A DNA stretch of 64,000 bases from a virus: IMG/VR virus record IMGVR_UViG_3300012988_000001, positions 246,414 through 310,413 of that record. One strand, given 5' to 3'. This document shows positions 20,125-29,400 of this stretch, one piece after another. Made by a program: the position numbers and the translations under genes. The number at the start of each line of letters is the position of its first letter. Position 1 is the stretch's first letter. The notes beneath the pieces are model-generated. The model made no database searches, was not told the DNA's origin, and saw only the letters and a list, made by a program, of their open reading frames with translations.

Positions 20125-20796
20125 ATGACACAAGCAGGAACATTCGATGAATGGATGGCTGATACAGCAGCCTTAATAAACTTAATTCAGGAATTAGGCG
20201 ATAGACGATGGAGTATCAAATCATACAACTCCCCTCACTTCTCTTATTCTTATGATGGTAATAATTGGACTTTCAAGTACAGTAGAGTACTAGAACCGAT
20301 TGAAGACCTTCGTGGTGCACAAGCTGCATTACAACAAGCCCAACAAGCAGCCTCATTAGCTTCACAATCTATAGCTGGTCCAATTGGTGCACCCGGTGGC
20401 CTACCCCAAATGTATGGCAGTTATATCGCTGCTCAACCCGGTATTCATACTCATGGTATGAGTAACATGACGAAAACTACTCCCGGAATCAATCATATAA
20501 TCATCGTACTCGGTGGTGTGAACAGCAATTGTATTCAAAGTGTGCAATGGATTCGTAAACCAAATAGTGGTTTGTCTATAGTGAGTAATTTAGATTCAAC
20601 TTTCGGTAATATGGAAGGTGGAACCGCACGTGGTTCTTTCCTATTCTTACCGAACATGAAAATTCTTGTTAATGACAAAATCTACTCCAATGACACCCCG
20701 GATGCATTCACCCAAGATATTGGTGGTGATGATCAACCTTTCCGGTACTTAGACCTTCTCGCATTTAGGGAGAAATATGATGGGCCAATTTATTGA
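20125..20796 (+). CDS. hypothetical protein (223 aa)
   Basis: ORF after the terminator. Confidence 0.45.
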   Translation: MTQAGTFDEWMADTAALINLIQELGDRRWSIKSYNSPHFSYSYDGNNWTFKYSRVLEPIEDLRGAQAALQQAQQAASLASQSIAGPIGAPGGLPQMYGSYIAAQPGIHTHGMSNMTKTTPGINHIIIVLGGVNSNCIQSVQWIRKPNSGLSIVSNLDSTFGNMEGGTARGSFLFLPNMKILVNDKIYSNDTPDAFTQDIGGDDQPFRYLDLLAFREKYDGPIY

Positions 20797-21256
20797 GAAA
20801 CTAGAAAGAATTTCCCCACTAATCGGGAAGCACAATTTTTATGAAACAGTACAAAGAACTAGATGCTATTGGAAATCAATGCAAGAATACAATTTACATG
20901 AGAACTTAGCAATTCTAGGTGAGGGTGATAAAATTGATATCATAGTACCATCGTACACTAATGACAAATTCACACAACTATCACTCACCAAAGCAGGTGA
21001 GTGTGCTTGTGTAACCTATTGTCCAACATACGGTGGTATAACCCTAAAGATCTTCGTTGATGAAAACAATAAGATAAAATCTATCTTAGCTACAGATAAC
21101 GACATGGACGGTAGACCAGTACTTGATGTGTTTTACGGGAATGGATTTGTACGTTTATTCCACATCGTGATACCACGTGAAGAACTATCAGAAACCCTAT
21201 TTCAATTTAACACAATCGATAGTTCAGATCTATCGTTCTTAGAGGATTTTGCATGA
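20777..21256 (+). CDS. FQ-motif family protein (weak member)
   Basis: C-terminus ...ELSETLFQFNTIDSSDLSFLEDFA. Confidence 0.4.
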   Translation: MMGQFIEKLERISPLIGKHNFYETVQRTRCYWKSMQEYNLHENLAILGEGDKIDIIVPSYTNDKFTQLSLTKAGECACVTYCPTYGGITLKIFVDENNKIKSILATDNDMDGRPVLDVFYGNGFVRLFHIVIPREELSETLFQFNTIDSSDLSFLEDFA

Positions 21257-21786
21257 ATTACTTACGTACACATTTGGATAAGAAAACTGTCCAGACTATT
21301 TGTGATAAAATTAGAGAAGAGATTCTTGACAAGGTTCAGACTTTCGACTATACTGTGTTTGAACATTTCAAACCAGAAGATCAAACCACAATCCAGCGTA
21401 TTAACGTGGATGTGAAGAATAATGTACTAACACTTAGTCGAATGCTTAAATTTGATTACGTAGATATTAATAATAATTACGATCCTTACCGTTATTCACC
21501 AAACCAGTACTCAATGAGACAAATCTATGTTGATTTCAAAATTCGAGTACTTCCAAAATCGGGAAAAGTAACTTCGGTTACTATCGAATTGGGAATGGAT
21601 GGTCAAAGCAGAAATGAGGGAGTGGCATTCGGTCTATATGTTGGTGATGAGAAGTTCTTGATCAATAACGATTTCTATGATCGGGAATCCTTCGAAGGTC
21701 ATGTTTTTCAACAATCAACGGTTGACAAGGCAGAGCCTTTTGGGTTAGACTATGTACTCGAAATCATTCAAAAACTAAAGGTGTGA
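21253..21786 (+). CDS. FQ-motif family protein
   Basis: C-terminus ...ESFEGHVFQQSTVDKAEPFGLDYVLEIIQKLKV. Confidence 0.5.
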   Translation: MNYLRTHLDKKTVQTICDKIREEILDKVQTFDYTVFEHFKPEDQTTIQRINVDVKNNVLTLSRMLKFDYVDINNNYDPYRYSPNQYSMRQIYVDFKIRVLPKSGKVTSVTIELGMDGQSRNEGVAFGLYVGDEKFLINNDFYDRESFEGHVFQQSTVDKAEPFGLDYVLEIIQKLKV

Positions 21787-21789
21787 ATT

Positions 21790-21978
21790 ATGATGCAATT
21801 TCTCTTGTTGGTTAGCGTTCTACATTATGGTCAAACCCAGCAGTTGCAACCTCTAAATGTAGAGACATTGCAGATTCAAACACGCTCCTGTGAAAACGCA
21901 GAAGCAAAAATTCGTGAGTACTATGCAAATGAACGGTACTCACGTATCATTAACCTAAAATGCATGAGGATGGATTAA
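21790..21978 (+). CDS. small protein with signal-peptide-like N-terminus
   Basis: 62 aa. Confidence 0.3.
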   Translation: MMQFLLLVSVLHYGQTQQLQPLNVETLQIQTRSCENAEAKIREYYANERYSRIINLKCMRMD

Positions 21979-21979
21979 T

Positions 21980-22348
21980 ATGATCTGGATTGCCCTTATT
22001 ACGGTAGTAACTCTTTATGTGCTGTACTTCATGTTTCGCTTTGCAGCAACAATTCAGGGTGTTATTTTAAAGACTGATACTAAATCAGCATTTGGCTTCA
22101 TCGCTGACTATCCAAAGTCTTGCATTATTGCAGCTTTAGTGGTTATGGGTTTGAGCCTTAGCCAGTACTACAATCATATCTACGCAATGTATGATTGCAC
22201 AGTACAGCAGAAAATCCATAAGGCCGCTAATAGTGAGTACTCATGGTATAATGCAGAATGTAACTTCCAAGATAAGAACGGTGTATTCATTAACATGAAA
22301 CGCGTCCGGGGTCTACCCGAAGGTGCAAACGAACAAGTAGAGGAATAA
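21980..22348 (+). CDS. small membrane protein (2 predicted TM)
   Basis: 122 aa, hydrophobic segments. Confidence 0.4.
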   Translation: MIWIALITVVTLYVLYFMFRFAATIQGVILKTDTKSAFGFIADYPKSCIIAALVVMGLSLSQYYNHIYAMYDCTVQQKIHKAANSEYSWYNAECNFQDKNGVFINMKRVRGLPEGANEQVEE

Positions 22349-22851
22349 TGATGTTTGAGTGGGATCAAGAGAAGCATGAGTACTTCGATCCTACTGAAGA
22401 CGGATTTACCCATATCAATACCTATAGTAAAGGTCGTACCGAATTGGGGAGGATGCTATCAAATTTCGCATTCTCCCCTTTTGTGTATGAAGAATATGGT
22501 AAGTTCAATTCAGTAGAGGCTTTTTGGTACTGGTACTTAACCGGACAAAAGCATGATGACTTACGTACCCTAAGTGGTTCTTATGCTAAAGTAAAAGGTC
22601 AGAGTTATCATGCTGACCGTACTGAGCATTCACTTACAGAAGAAACCATAGAAGTGATGCAAGGTGCTATTATATGTAAAATTGCACAGAATGAAAAACT
22701 ACAGGAGATGCTAATTTCTAGTACTCTTCCATTCTGTCATTATTACTATATGCATGGTCGGGTTATCAATCCATTTGATGGTCATGATTGGTTCTCTGAA
22801 ACATTGGAGGATATCAGGACTGCGTTAAAATCTGGGACAACTGACCATTAA
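22348..22851 (+). CDS. NADAR/YbiA-like (DUF1768) protein, putative ADP-ribose-nucleobase hydrolase
   Basis: LSNFAFSPF...SVEAFWYWYL... aligns with E. coli YbiA FSNFAAWPI...SEHYFQAQKF. C-terminal LQEML...L..CHYY parallels LRALL...LVEH. Confidence 0.5.
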   Translation: MMFEWDQEKHEYFDPTEDGFTHINTYSKGRTELGRMLSNFAFSPFVYEEYGKFNSVEAFWYWYLTGQKHDDLRTLSGSYAKVKGQSYHADRTEHSLTEETIEVMQGAIICKIAQNEKLQEMLISSTLPFCHYYYMHGRVINPFDGHDWFSETLEDIRTALKSGTTDH

Positions 22852-22862
22852 TGTGATATAAT
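22834..22862 (+). promoter_or_regulatory. class B promoter (GGGACA-17-TGaTATAAT) reading into an ORF-free region
   Basis: ctgggacaactgaccattaatgtgatataat. Confidence 0.6.
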
Positions 22863-23297
22863 AAATGTAGATGTAACAATTGTGGCTGCAATGCAGACGT
22901 ATTAAACCGAACCCCTTGAAAACGTAAAGGGACGATGAGCATGACCACACATGCGAAGTGCAGATGAAACCCGTTCGCGGCAATGCGGCACTATAAAGAG
23001 CGACGTAAGGCACGTAAACGCTCCAAGATAGACATATGAGGTCACTCACCAATATGCTAAGGGAGATGCTTAGGCATCACGTATAGAGCTTGTTCGAATA
23101 GGTTCTATACGAGTGTAGTAAGACTACGACCGTTGCACATGACTGTGATAGAGAGAAACAGAGCAACCCGCTTTCGTTCTTTGACCAATTTTAGTACGCT
23201 ATAGTTACGTCTAAAATTCAGAGAAATTCACAATTCGAAAATTCCGATGCCACCAGCGTCAGAACTTAACTCAGTACTTTAATTAGTACTTTTTTAT
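22863..23297 (+). ncRNA. candidate structured non-coding RNA (~430 nt, ORF-free, GC-richer than surroundings)
   Basis: No ORF above 15 codons on the + strand. Bounded by a class B promoter and a hairpin plus U-run terminator at 23273-23297. Internal hairpins include cgtatagag...tctatacg. Confidence 0.35.
23273..23297 (+). terminator. rho-independent terminator (AGTACT-ttaatt-AGTACT plus T-run)
   Basis: Read directly. Confidence 0.5.
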
Positions 23298-23395
23298 TGT
23301 CTTCATTCCCCCAGTGGGGGATGAAATTGCCTCAACAAACCTCGTCAGTAATAAAAGTACAAAATGAATTGAGTTACGATAGTAACGAAAATTCT

Positions 23396-23424
23396 TTGAC
23401 AATCGTAAGATTGGCAAATATGAA
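23396..23424 (+). promoter_or_regulatory. class A promoter (TTGACA-17-TATGAA)
   Basis: A second TTGACA-17-TATGAT lies 31 nt downstream. Its -10 overlaps the ATG of the next ORF. Confidence 0.5.
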
Positions 23425-23450
23425 CCTTGACAACAATACAGGAATAAAGT

Positions 23451-23687
23451 ATGATAACAGCAATTTGTGAAATGGCTGACCAAGCCACTGGTATTGAAGA
23501 TGCCAGATTGATCGAATCTCATGCTGAATCAGTAAAAGAGTACGAAGATGAAATGGATGAGATGATGGGTATGTATGGCTATCGTCTATACTTCTATGAC
23601 ATTGAGTGTACTGGCATTGAGGATTGGACTGAATCAGAAATATATGAGTTTATGCGTGTAAACGCACATTTGGAGATTGATGCATGA
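23451..23687 (+). CDS. small highly acidic protein (78 aa)
   Basis: ORF rich in D/E. Confidence 0.4.
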   Translation: MITAICEMADQATGIEDARLIESHAESVKEYEDEMDEMMGMYGYRLYFYDIECTGIEDWTESEIYEFMRVNAHLEIDA

Positions 23688-23863
23688 AAGTTAGATTAGA
23701 AGAAGATTACCCAGAGTACGAATACGGCCCTCGTGGTGGTGATATCCTTGAAGTAGTTTCACAGGATGAAGAAGAAGGTGTATTCTATTGCAAATTTGGT
23801 GATGAAACAGATTTTGCCATTTATGAATACGAAGTGGAAGAGGTTATCGAAGATGACCAATAA
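23684..23863 (+). CDS. small highly acidic protein (59 aa)
   Basis: ATGA overlap with the upstream ORF. MKVRLEEDYPEYEYGPRGGDILEVVSQDEEEG... Not in the ORF track because it is under 60 aa. Confidence 0.35.
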   Translation: MKVRLEEDYPEYEYGPRGGDILEVVSQDEEEGVFYCKFGDETDFAIYEYEVEEVIEDDQ

Positions 23864-24815
23864 ACTAAATCGTTCCATTGGCTGCTTAATGGGACTAGCA
23901 GTAGGTGATGCTGTCGGAACCACATTAGAGTTTAAAGAACGTGATTATGAGAACATTACTGATATGGTAGGTGGTGGTCCGTTTGATTTAGATCCGGGAC
24001 AATGGACTGATGATACCAGTATGGCACTATGCCTAGGTTACGCACTACTTGAAGGTCACGACATCAATAGCATAACAGAAAGTATAAAGTGGTCAGAAGC
24101 CCAATTAGTGAATTATGTTGATTGGTACAGAAACGGTTACTGTAGTTCTAATGGTCACTGTTTTGATATTGGTGGTACTACCCGCAACGCATTACTAAAT
24201 TACATTCGTGATGGTGTTTTGCGTAACAATGATCATTTCCTAGATTCAGGTAATGGTAGCCTTATGCGTCTTGCTCCTATTCCAATCTATTACAATACGA
24301 ATAACGCAGAAGAGTTGTTCACTCTTGTGTATGCTGCTGATCTAAGTAGTAGTACTACACACGCTAGCGAATTATGTCGTCAATCTTGTATTGCTTTCTC
24401 AGTACTTTTGAATCGTGCTATCAATGGCAGTACTAGTGAAGGTTCTCCGAATAAAGCGAATCTCTTAGACTTCCCAGCACAAGTTTGGAGAACATTTGGC
24501 GTTTCAAGTAATTTAGTACTTGACATAATGAACGGATCGTATCAAAATAAGACTCGTGATGAAATCAGTTCGAGTGGTTATGTGATTGATAGCCTAGAAG
24601 CCGCTCTATGGGCGTTCTGGAACACTGATAACTTCCGTGACGCAATCCTATTAGCTGCTAACTTAGGTGACGATGCAGACACCGTAGCGGCGATTACAGG
24701 ACAGATTGCAGGTGCATTCTATGGCCTAGATGGTATCCCTGATGATTGGGTACAGAAGATTGCGAAGAAAGATAAGATTTTGAAATTAGCAGAGGACTTG
24801 TATAATGCAGGTTGA
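23853..24815 (+). CDS. ADP-ribosylglycohydrolase (DraG/ARH family)
   Basis: GCLMGLAVGDAVGTTLEF, TDDTSMAL, FDIGGTTRNAL, GNGSLMRLAPI, DADTVAAITGQIAGAFYG motifs. The ATG at 23853 is the start chosen here. The six-frame track starts the ORF at an upstream in-frame ATG (23766). Confidence 0.85.
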   Translation: MTNKLNRSIGCLMGLAVGDAVGTTLEFKERDYENITDMVGGGPFDLDPGQWTDDTSMALCLGYALLEGHDINSITESIKWSEAQLVNYVDWYRNGYCSSNGHCFDIGGTTRNALLNYIRDGVLRNNDHFLDSGNGSLMRLAPIPIYYNTNNAEELFTLVYAADLSSSTTHASELCRQSCIAFSVLLNRAINGSTSEGSPNKANLLDFPAQVWRTFGVSSNLVLDIMNGSYQNKTRDEISSSGYVIDSLEAALWAFWNTDNFRDAILLAANLGDDADTVAAITGQIAGAFYGLDGIPDDWVQKIAKKDKILKLAEDLYNAG

Positions 24816-25248
24816 TAAGATTGTCAACGTAAAACTCTCTGTTGGTGATGTTGTTCAAATCGAACATACTTCGGTTGATGAACGTAAAAAGATAAAAGCC
24901 ACGGTAGCGTGTGCTAATATCAATCAAGGGAAAGGTATTGCTATATTCTGTGATGAAGATGGTAAGACCTATTCATGGAAACCATATCCTTCTCCACACG
25001 GAGAAGTAACACGTATTGATTGTGCTCGTGAAGATGTACTAATCAATCCATATGTTATGGCTTTCAGTAAAGAGGTGCAAAAGTTTCGTCCTGTTGACGC
25101 ATATTCTGGTGAGTACTACTATACTGAAAAAGTATGTGAAACTCACGAATGGAGCATTGCACTACCACCACACGGTGACCATATATGCAGAAACTGCAAA
25201 ATGGTCGTCAATGATAACTTTCAAGAAGTAGGGTATTATGGGAATTAA
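24805..25248 (+). CDS. hypothetical protein with C-terminal Cys/His cluster (CETHEW..HGDHICRNC)
   Basis: 147 aa. Confidence 0.4.
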   Translation: MQVDKIVNVKLSVGDVVQIEHTSVDERKKIKATVACANINQGKGIAIFCDEDGKTYSWKPYPSPHGEVTRIDCAREDVLINPYVMAFSKEVQKFRPVDAYSGEYYYTEKVCETHEWSIALPPHGDHICRNCKMVVNDNFQEVGYYGN

Positions 25249-25501
25249 TATGTCTTACTGTATGTTTGAAAATACAGTAAAAGCAATGGAAGAAATTAAA
25301 GAAAGAATGTGGGACGAAGATTTCGACCCAGATGAACTTTCTAAGTACGAACGTAGAGCGTATGATGCTCTATATGATTTAGTTGATAGTATCAAAGATG
25401 CTTTAGACGAAATTGAAGAACGTAAAGAAATGGAAGAAGCTGAACGCGAATTCCAAGAAGAATGTGACGACCAATACGCAGAGGAAGATGATGACAAATA
25501 A
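25238..25501 (+). CDS. very acidic small protein (87 aa), candidate DNA-mimic
   Basis: About 40% D/E. ...EEAEREFQEECDDQYAEEDDDK. Confidence 0.45.
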   Translation: MGINMSYCMFENTVKAMEEIKERMWDEDFDPDELSKYERRAYDALYDLVDSIKDALDEIEERKEMEEAEREFQEECDDQYAEEDDDK

Positions 25502-25694
25502 AGATCAACTCCCTTACATCATCACTGAACGTATTGTGCTTGACATGGCCTACAATCCAGAGTATGGTGATAACCGTATGTGTACTTGTGGTCATGCTTA
25601 CATTCGTCATTTCGATCCATATGAAGAAATGGAGCCAACAGGTTGTAAGTACTGCGGCTGTTTTGAATTTGTAGAGAAACTACATTTTGACTAA
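25488..25694 (+). CDS. small Cys-rich (zinc-ribbon-like) protein
   Basis: MCTCGHAY...CKYCGC. Start placed at the ATG at 25488, overlapping the stop of the upstream gene. Confidence 0.4.
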   Translation: MMTNKDQLPYIITERIVLDMAYNPEYGDNRMCTCGHAYIRHFDPYEEMEPTGCKYCGCFEFVEKLHFD

Positions 25695-25703
25695 GAGGTA
25701 TAT

Positions 25704-25889
25704 ATGCGTCTATTAGTAAAGGTGATTCTAGCGGTAGCGTGTCTCAATTTTGTATTAGGCGTATGTAATGTATTTTTCACGCCATCAGAATACAAATGGT
25801 TTGGTAACATTGCTATCTTTTGTGTTCTAGGTGTGCAATTAATTTTGTGCAGTGTTATCTTCCACTCTCCAGATAAGGATTCAAAATGA
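25704..25889 (+). CDS. small membrane protein
   Basis: 61 aa, two hydrophobic segments. Confidence 0.35.
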   Translation: MRLLVKVILAVACLNFVLGVCNVFFTPSEYKWFGNIAIFCVLGVQLILCSVIFHSPDKDSK

Positions 25890-26377
25890 AATATTATATG
25901 GTAAATCTAGTAGATAGTTCCGGTATTGGTCACACCAATTATACTTACTTTCCTCTCTCTGATGAAAGTACTATCGAAGTAGCAGAAGAACTTTATTACG
26001 AAGCATTCCCATATTTACGTTATGATAATCCGGGTGTACTCACTGTTAAAGAAATTGATGAAGAAACCTATCGTGCTGGCCTAGCATTTAATCGCTATGT
26101 TGAAGTATGTCGTCAAAACGATATCGATAACAAAGTACCGATTGATCGCCAGAGCTATCATCTATGGGAAACACATAATATGTTCCCTACCCGCAAGTGG
26201 GCTGAAATGTTCGCACGTACAAGTAAACCAGTACTAATTGGTTATCCTAAAATGCACTCAGTGAACAAGATGGATGATAATCGTAATATCCACTTCGTAT
26301 ACCATTACAGTACTGGTATGGATTTCCGTGATGATAAACGTTTACATAAAGTCATCACGTACAAGTGGGAAAAATGA
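25886..26377 (+). CDS. hypothetical protein (163 aa)
   Basis: ORF, ATGA coupling. Confidence 0.45.
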   Translation: MKYYMVNLVDSSGIGHTNYTYFPLSDESTIEVAEELYYEAFPYLRYDNPGVLTVKEIDEETYRAGLAFNRYVEVCRQNDIDNKVPIDRQSYHLWETHNMFPTRKWAEMFARTSKPVLIGYPKMHSVNKMDDNRNIHFVYHYSTGMDFRDDKRLHKVITYKWEK

Positions 26378-26580
26378 TTACTAACAAAGAACCTGTATAT
26401 ACAGAAAAATCCTACTGCAATAAGTGTAAACACGCATATGAGATTCGCACTATGGAATGTCAAGTATGCGGTTATAATCTACCAGCAGTATTCAAGGTCG
26501 ATGAACGTTATTCAGACCTAACACAATTCCGGGCGTTACGCTCAATGAAACGCTATAATGAAAAAATGGGGAACGTATGA
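26365..26580 (+). CDS. small zinc-ribbon protein (CNKCKHAY...CQVCGYNL)
   Basis: 71 aa. Confidence 0.4.
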   Translation: MGKMITNKEPVYTEKSYCNKCKHAYEIRTMECQVCGYNLPAVFKVDERYSDLTQFRALRSMKRYNEKMGNV

Positions 26581-26990
26581 CTTTATCTGAAAAAATAAAA
26601 CAAATTCCTTTCTTTAAAAATCGTACCATTATCGATGCTTCTGATCGTGATAAAATTGGTCTAGTTGGCTTTAAAGAAAGTGCTGATGATGTGTATAGCT
26701 CACTGGTAGTATCTCCTGCTAGTGATAGTGGTGTAATTCCAAACATCGTCATGATTAGTACTAAAGGTTGTCTAGTACGTCTAGATGAAGGTGAGCAAAC
26801 TATCCTAATCTCTATGTGTAAAGAAGATGATAAGGATGGATTCACTGAAGTATTCCCTGCGTCCATCGATAATGGTGAATTCTTTCAAAGTACTTTAGTC
26901 AATGACTTCCGTCATATTGATTATGAATACATCGAAGCACTTCATCAGGCGGTGGCTATTCTTCATGACGAACTCCCAGAAGATAACTAA
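26577..26990 (+). CDS. FQ-motif family protein
   Basis: C-terminus ...DNGEFFQSTLVNDFRHIDYEYIEALHQAVAILHDEL. Confidence 0.5.
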   Translation: MTLSEKIKQIPFFKNRTIIDASDRDKIGLVGFKESADDVYSSLVVSPASDSGVIPNIVMISTKGCLVRLDEGEQTILISMCKEDDKDGFTEVFPASIDNGEFFQSTLVNDFRHIDYEYIEALHQAVAILHDELPEDN

Positions 26991-27384
26991 TGCTTTGAGG
27001 GTCTTTCAACGCGAGACAGCGAGTATTCCGCTTCTCGTGTATGAGGGATTAAGAAAGTATGTAAGGGTTGAAAATGACTCTTTCGATACGCAATACTACT
27101 TTGCGGATTTCTACTTAAGTTTTACTTATTATCGAAAAGAGTTCAGTTCAATGTCATTGTATACGAGTAGGTTCAGTTCTGAATGTCCTATGATCTGTTT
27201 TGAGCGTACTGGTGATATTATCATCGGTAAGGCTTTGGATAGGATTAACATCTATAATGGGTGTTCTCCTACTGCACAGGATATGAAGAACATAGACCTT
27301 GAATTGGAAGCGTTTGAGTACTTAGAAGATATACTAAGGAACATCGAACCGATGTTAGAAGATATTGCCCGGAAATTTCTTTGA
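26965..27384 (+). CDS. hypothetical protein
   Basis: Start chosen at the in-frame ATG overlapping the upstream stop. Confidence 0.4.
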   Translation: MTNSQKITNALRVFQRETASIPLLVYEGLRKYVRVENDSFDTQYYFADFYLSFTYYRKEFSSMSLYTSRFSSECPMICFERTGDIIIGKALDRINIYNGCSPTAQDMKNIDLELEAFEYLEDILRNIEPMLEDIARKFL

Positions 27385-27391
27385 GATTTCT

Positions 27392-27420
27392 GGGACAAAC
27401 TAGTGAAAATGTGATATAAT
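27392..27420 (+). promoter_or_regulatory. class B promoter directly upstream of tRNA
   Basis: tgggacaaactagtgaaaatgtgatataat. The tRNA starts 9 nt after the -10. Confidence 0.65.
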
Positions 27421-27428
27421 ATAATTAC

Positions 27429-27518
<90 letters not shown>

Positions 27519-27533
27519 CATTTATTTGAAAAT

Positions 27534-28082
27534 ATGAAACGCGAAATATATGAACTAAATCCTACAAGTTGTAAACATTGTGGGAACATAATACCATACA
27601 AGAAAGGTGTACAAGATAAAGTATTTTGTAATCTTTCATGTTCGGCTCAATACAATAATAATCAAAAATACCAAACTACCAAGATAGATAATATTTGCTT
27701 GGGATGTGGTGTATCTTTTACTACGAATAACAGACCTAGAAAATTCTGTTCGCATCTATGCTCAACTGAGTCAAAGAAGAACGAAAATATCAACCAGTGG
27801 AAATCTGGCGAACTCCAAGGATATAGCGGGAAAGCAAAACAGTTGAAACCGTGGATACGGAAGTATCTATTTGAAGTTCGAGGAACAGCTTGTTCGGAAT
27901 GTGGTTGGGATAAACGCCACCCAATGGATGGGGCAGTACTTACAGAAATCGATCATATCGATGGAAACGCCGAAAATTGTCATGAAGATAATTTGAGGAT
28001 TCTATGTCCAAACTGTCATAGTATGACAGAAACACACCGTGCTCGTAACAAGAATGGTACGAGAAATACACGATATAACTGA
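27534..28082 (+). CDS. HNH homing endonuclease
   Basis: C-terminal CSECGW...EIDHIDGNAENCHEDNLRILCPNCHSMT HNH motif plus N-terminal Cys-rich zinc fingers. Confidence 0.8.
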   Translation: MKREIYELNPTSCKHCGNIIPYKKGVQDKVFCNLSCSAQYNNNQKYQTTKIDNICLGCGVSFTTNNRPRKFCSHLCSTESKKNENINQWKSGELQGYSGKAKQLKPWIRKYLFEVRGTACSECGWDKRHPMDGAVLTEIDHIDGNAENCHEDNLRILCPNCHSMTETHRARNKNGTRNTRYN

Positions 28083-28092
28083 GGATTTAAAT

Positions 28093-29400
28093 ATGGGTAG
28101 CTTTAACGCATCATGTGCAGTAAGTCATTGTAGTATTAATCCGGGTGATCCAGTAAAATTGATCCCTATTGTAAGTAACACACCGATTCACGGTGAATAT
28201 AACGCAGACATGCATAAAGGCTTTTCATGTTATTGCCATGATCAGTTCAGTATGATTGGCTATCCTATGGATGCCACATATGAAGATTATGGTGATTTTG
28301 ATGTTAAAGAGGATATGTTCTCTGAATATAACCTAAGCATTATTCGAGACAAGTTCACGAAGAATGTCCCACCTGAAGATGAGAAAGATGATTACAGTTC
28401 AATTGCTGATAGCCGCAATGGTTACAGTCTTGAACCAGAAGATTTGGATTGGAGTAAAATAGGTGAAATGATCCATTTCGGTAATATGTATCTCGATAGT
28501 AATAAAGACCGCACTAAGCGTCGTTATATGGGATTCTTCCCAGTACACAAATGTGTATACGATCTATTGATGCAACGTAACCCAGAAATGCACTTTGATG
28601 ATTCATATGATAACGTTAATTTCCAACGTTTTCTAGAGAAAGCACTCAAAGACAATCCACCATCAACTACCAATAATCCGGTATTCGAAGAAGCTATTGT
28701 ACAATACATGGAACTCTTCGGTCCACTAATTGGTACTGAACTAAAAGACGGAACTATCATGACACCGGAAATGGCTCATGAGAAAGCTGTTGGTATGGCA
28801 GACCTAAAAGTGGAAATGGCTGAACTACGTGATAGTCATCGTCGTGAGTACTCATACGATAACACATCAAGTATCAAACGTTTCCTACGCTATCGTAAAG
28901 AAAACAAACTACCAGTACTCACTGATGAAGAACATATTGCACTAGTAACCCTAGACGCTGAATGTACTTATCTAATCCGTGGTTTGAATGATCTTCAAAT
29001 CCAACTTATCCCACCAATGACAGCGAGGCAAGAGTATGATAAGACTGATCACGCAACGTTCCTAGTAGCTTGTGGTAAAGCACTACTCGCTATGCAAGCA
29101 GTAAGTGATGAAGAACATTATGGTGATGATGAAGACGATGTAGAAAGCACTAAGGTAGTGGTTGAAGCAGAAATTCATGTATCACTAAATAACCTACGCG
29201 AATCGGCTCAACACGACTGGAAGCCAGAACGTGGAAAAGTAAAAGTTGACGCGATTGATCGTTTTGCGGTACAATACCCAGACGGCGTTACTCTAAGTGC
29301 TGGTGAAGTAATTTCACAGGGCTATGGAGTAATGCTAGTAAGTATGCCAAGTACTATCCTACCAATCGTGTTTAAAAACGATATCAAGGTAGAAGAATGA
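28093..29400 (+). CDS. hypothetical protein (435 aa)
   Basis: Start at the ATG following the HNH stop, with GAGGA RBS. Confidence 0.5.
   Translation: MGSFNASCAVSHCSINPGDPVKLIPIVSNTPIHGEYNADMHKGFSCYCHDQFSMIGYPMDATYEDYGDFDVKEDMFSEYNLSIIRDKFTKNVPPEDEKDDYSSIADSRNGYSLEPEDLDWSKIGEMIHFGNMYLDSNKDRTKRRYMGFFPVHKCVYDLLMQRNPEMHFDDSYDNVNFQRFLEKALKDNPPSTTNNPVFEEAIVQYMELFGPLIGTELKDGTIMTPEMAHEKAVGMADLKVEMAELRDSHRREYSYDNTSSIKRFLRYRKENKLPVLTDEEHIALVTLDAECTYLIRGLNDLQIQLIPPMTARQEYDKTDHATFLVACGKALLAMQAVSDEEHYGDDEDDVESTKVVVEAEIHVSLNNLRESAQHDWKPERGKVKVDAIDRFAVQYPDGVTLSAGEVISQGYGVMLVSMPSTILPIVFKNDIKVEE

Noticed and set aside
22863-23297. Group I or II intron or retron msr/msd in the ORF-free GC-rich segment
   Set aside because: The flanking NADAR gene ends with a normal stop and no split exon is apparent. 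No reverse transcriptase or intron-encoded endonuclease nearby. No P7/G-site-like or msd features could be recognised by eye.
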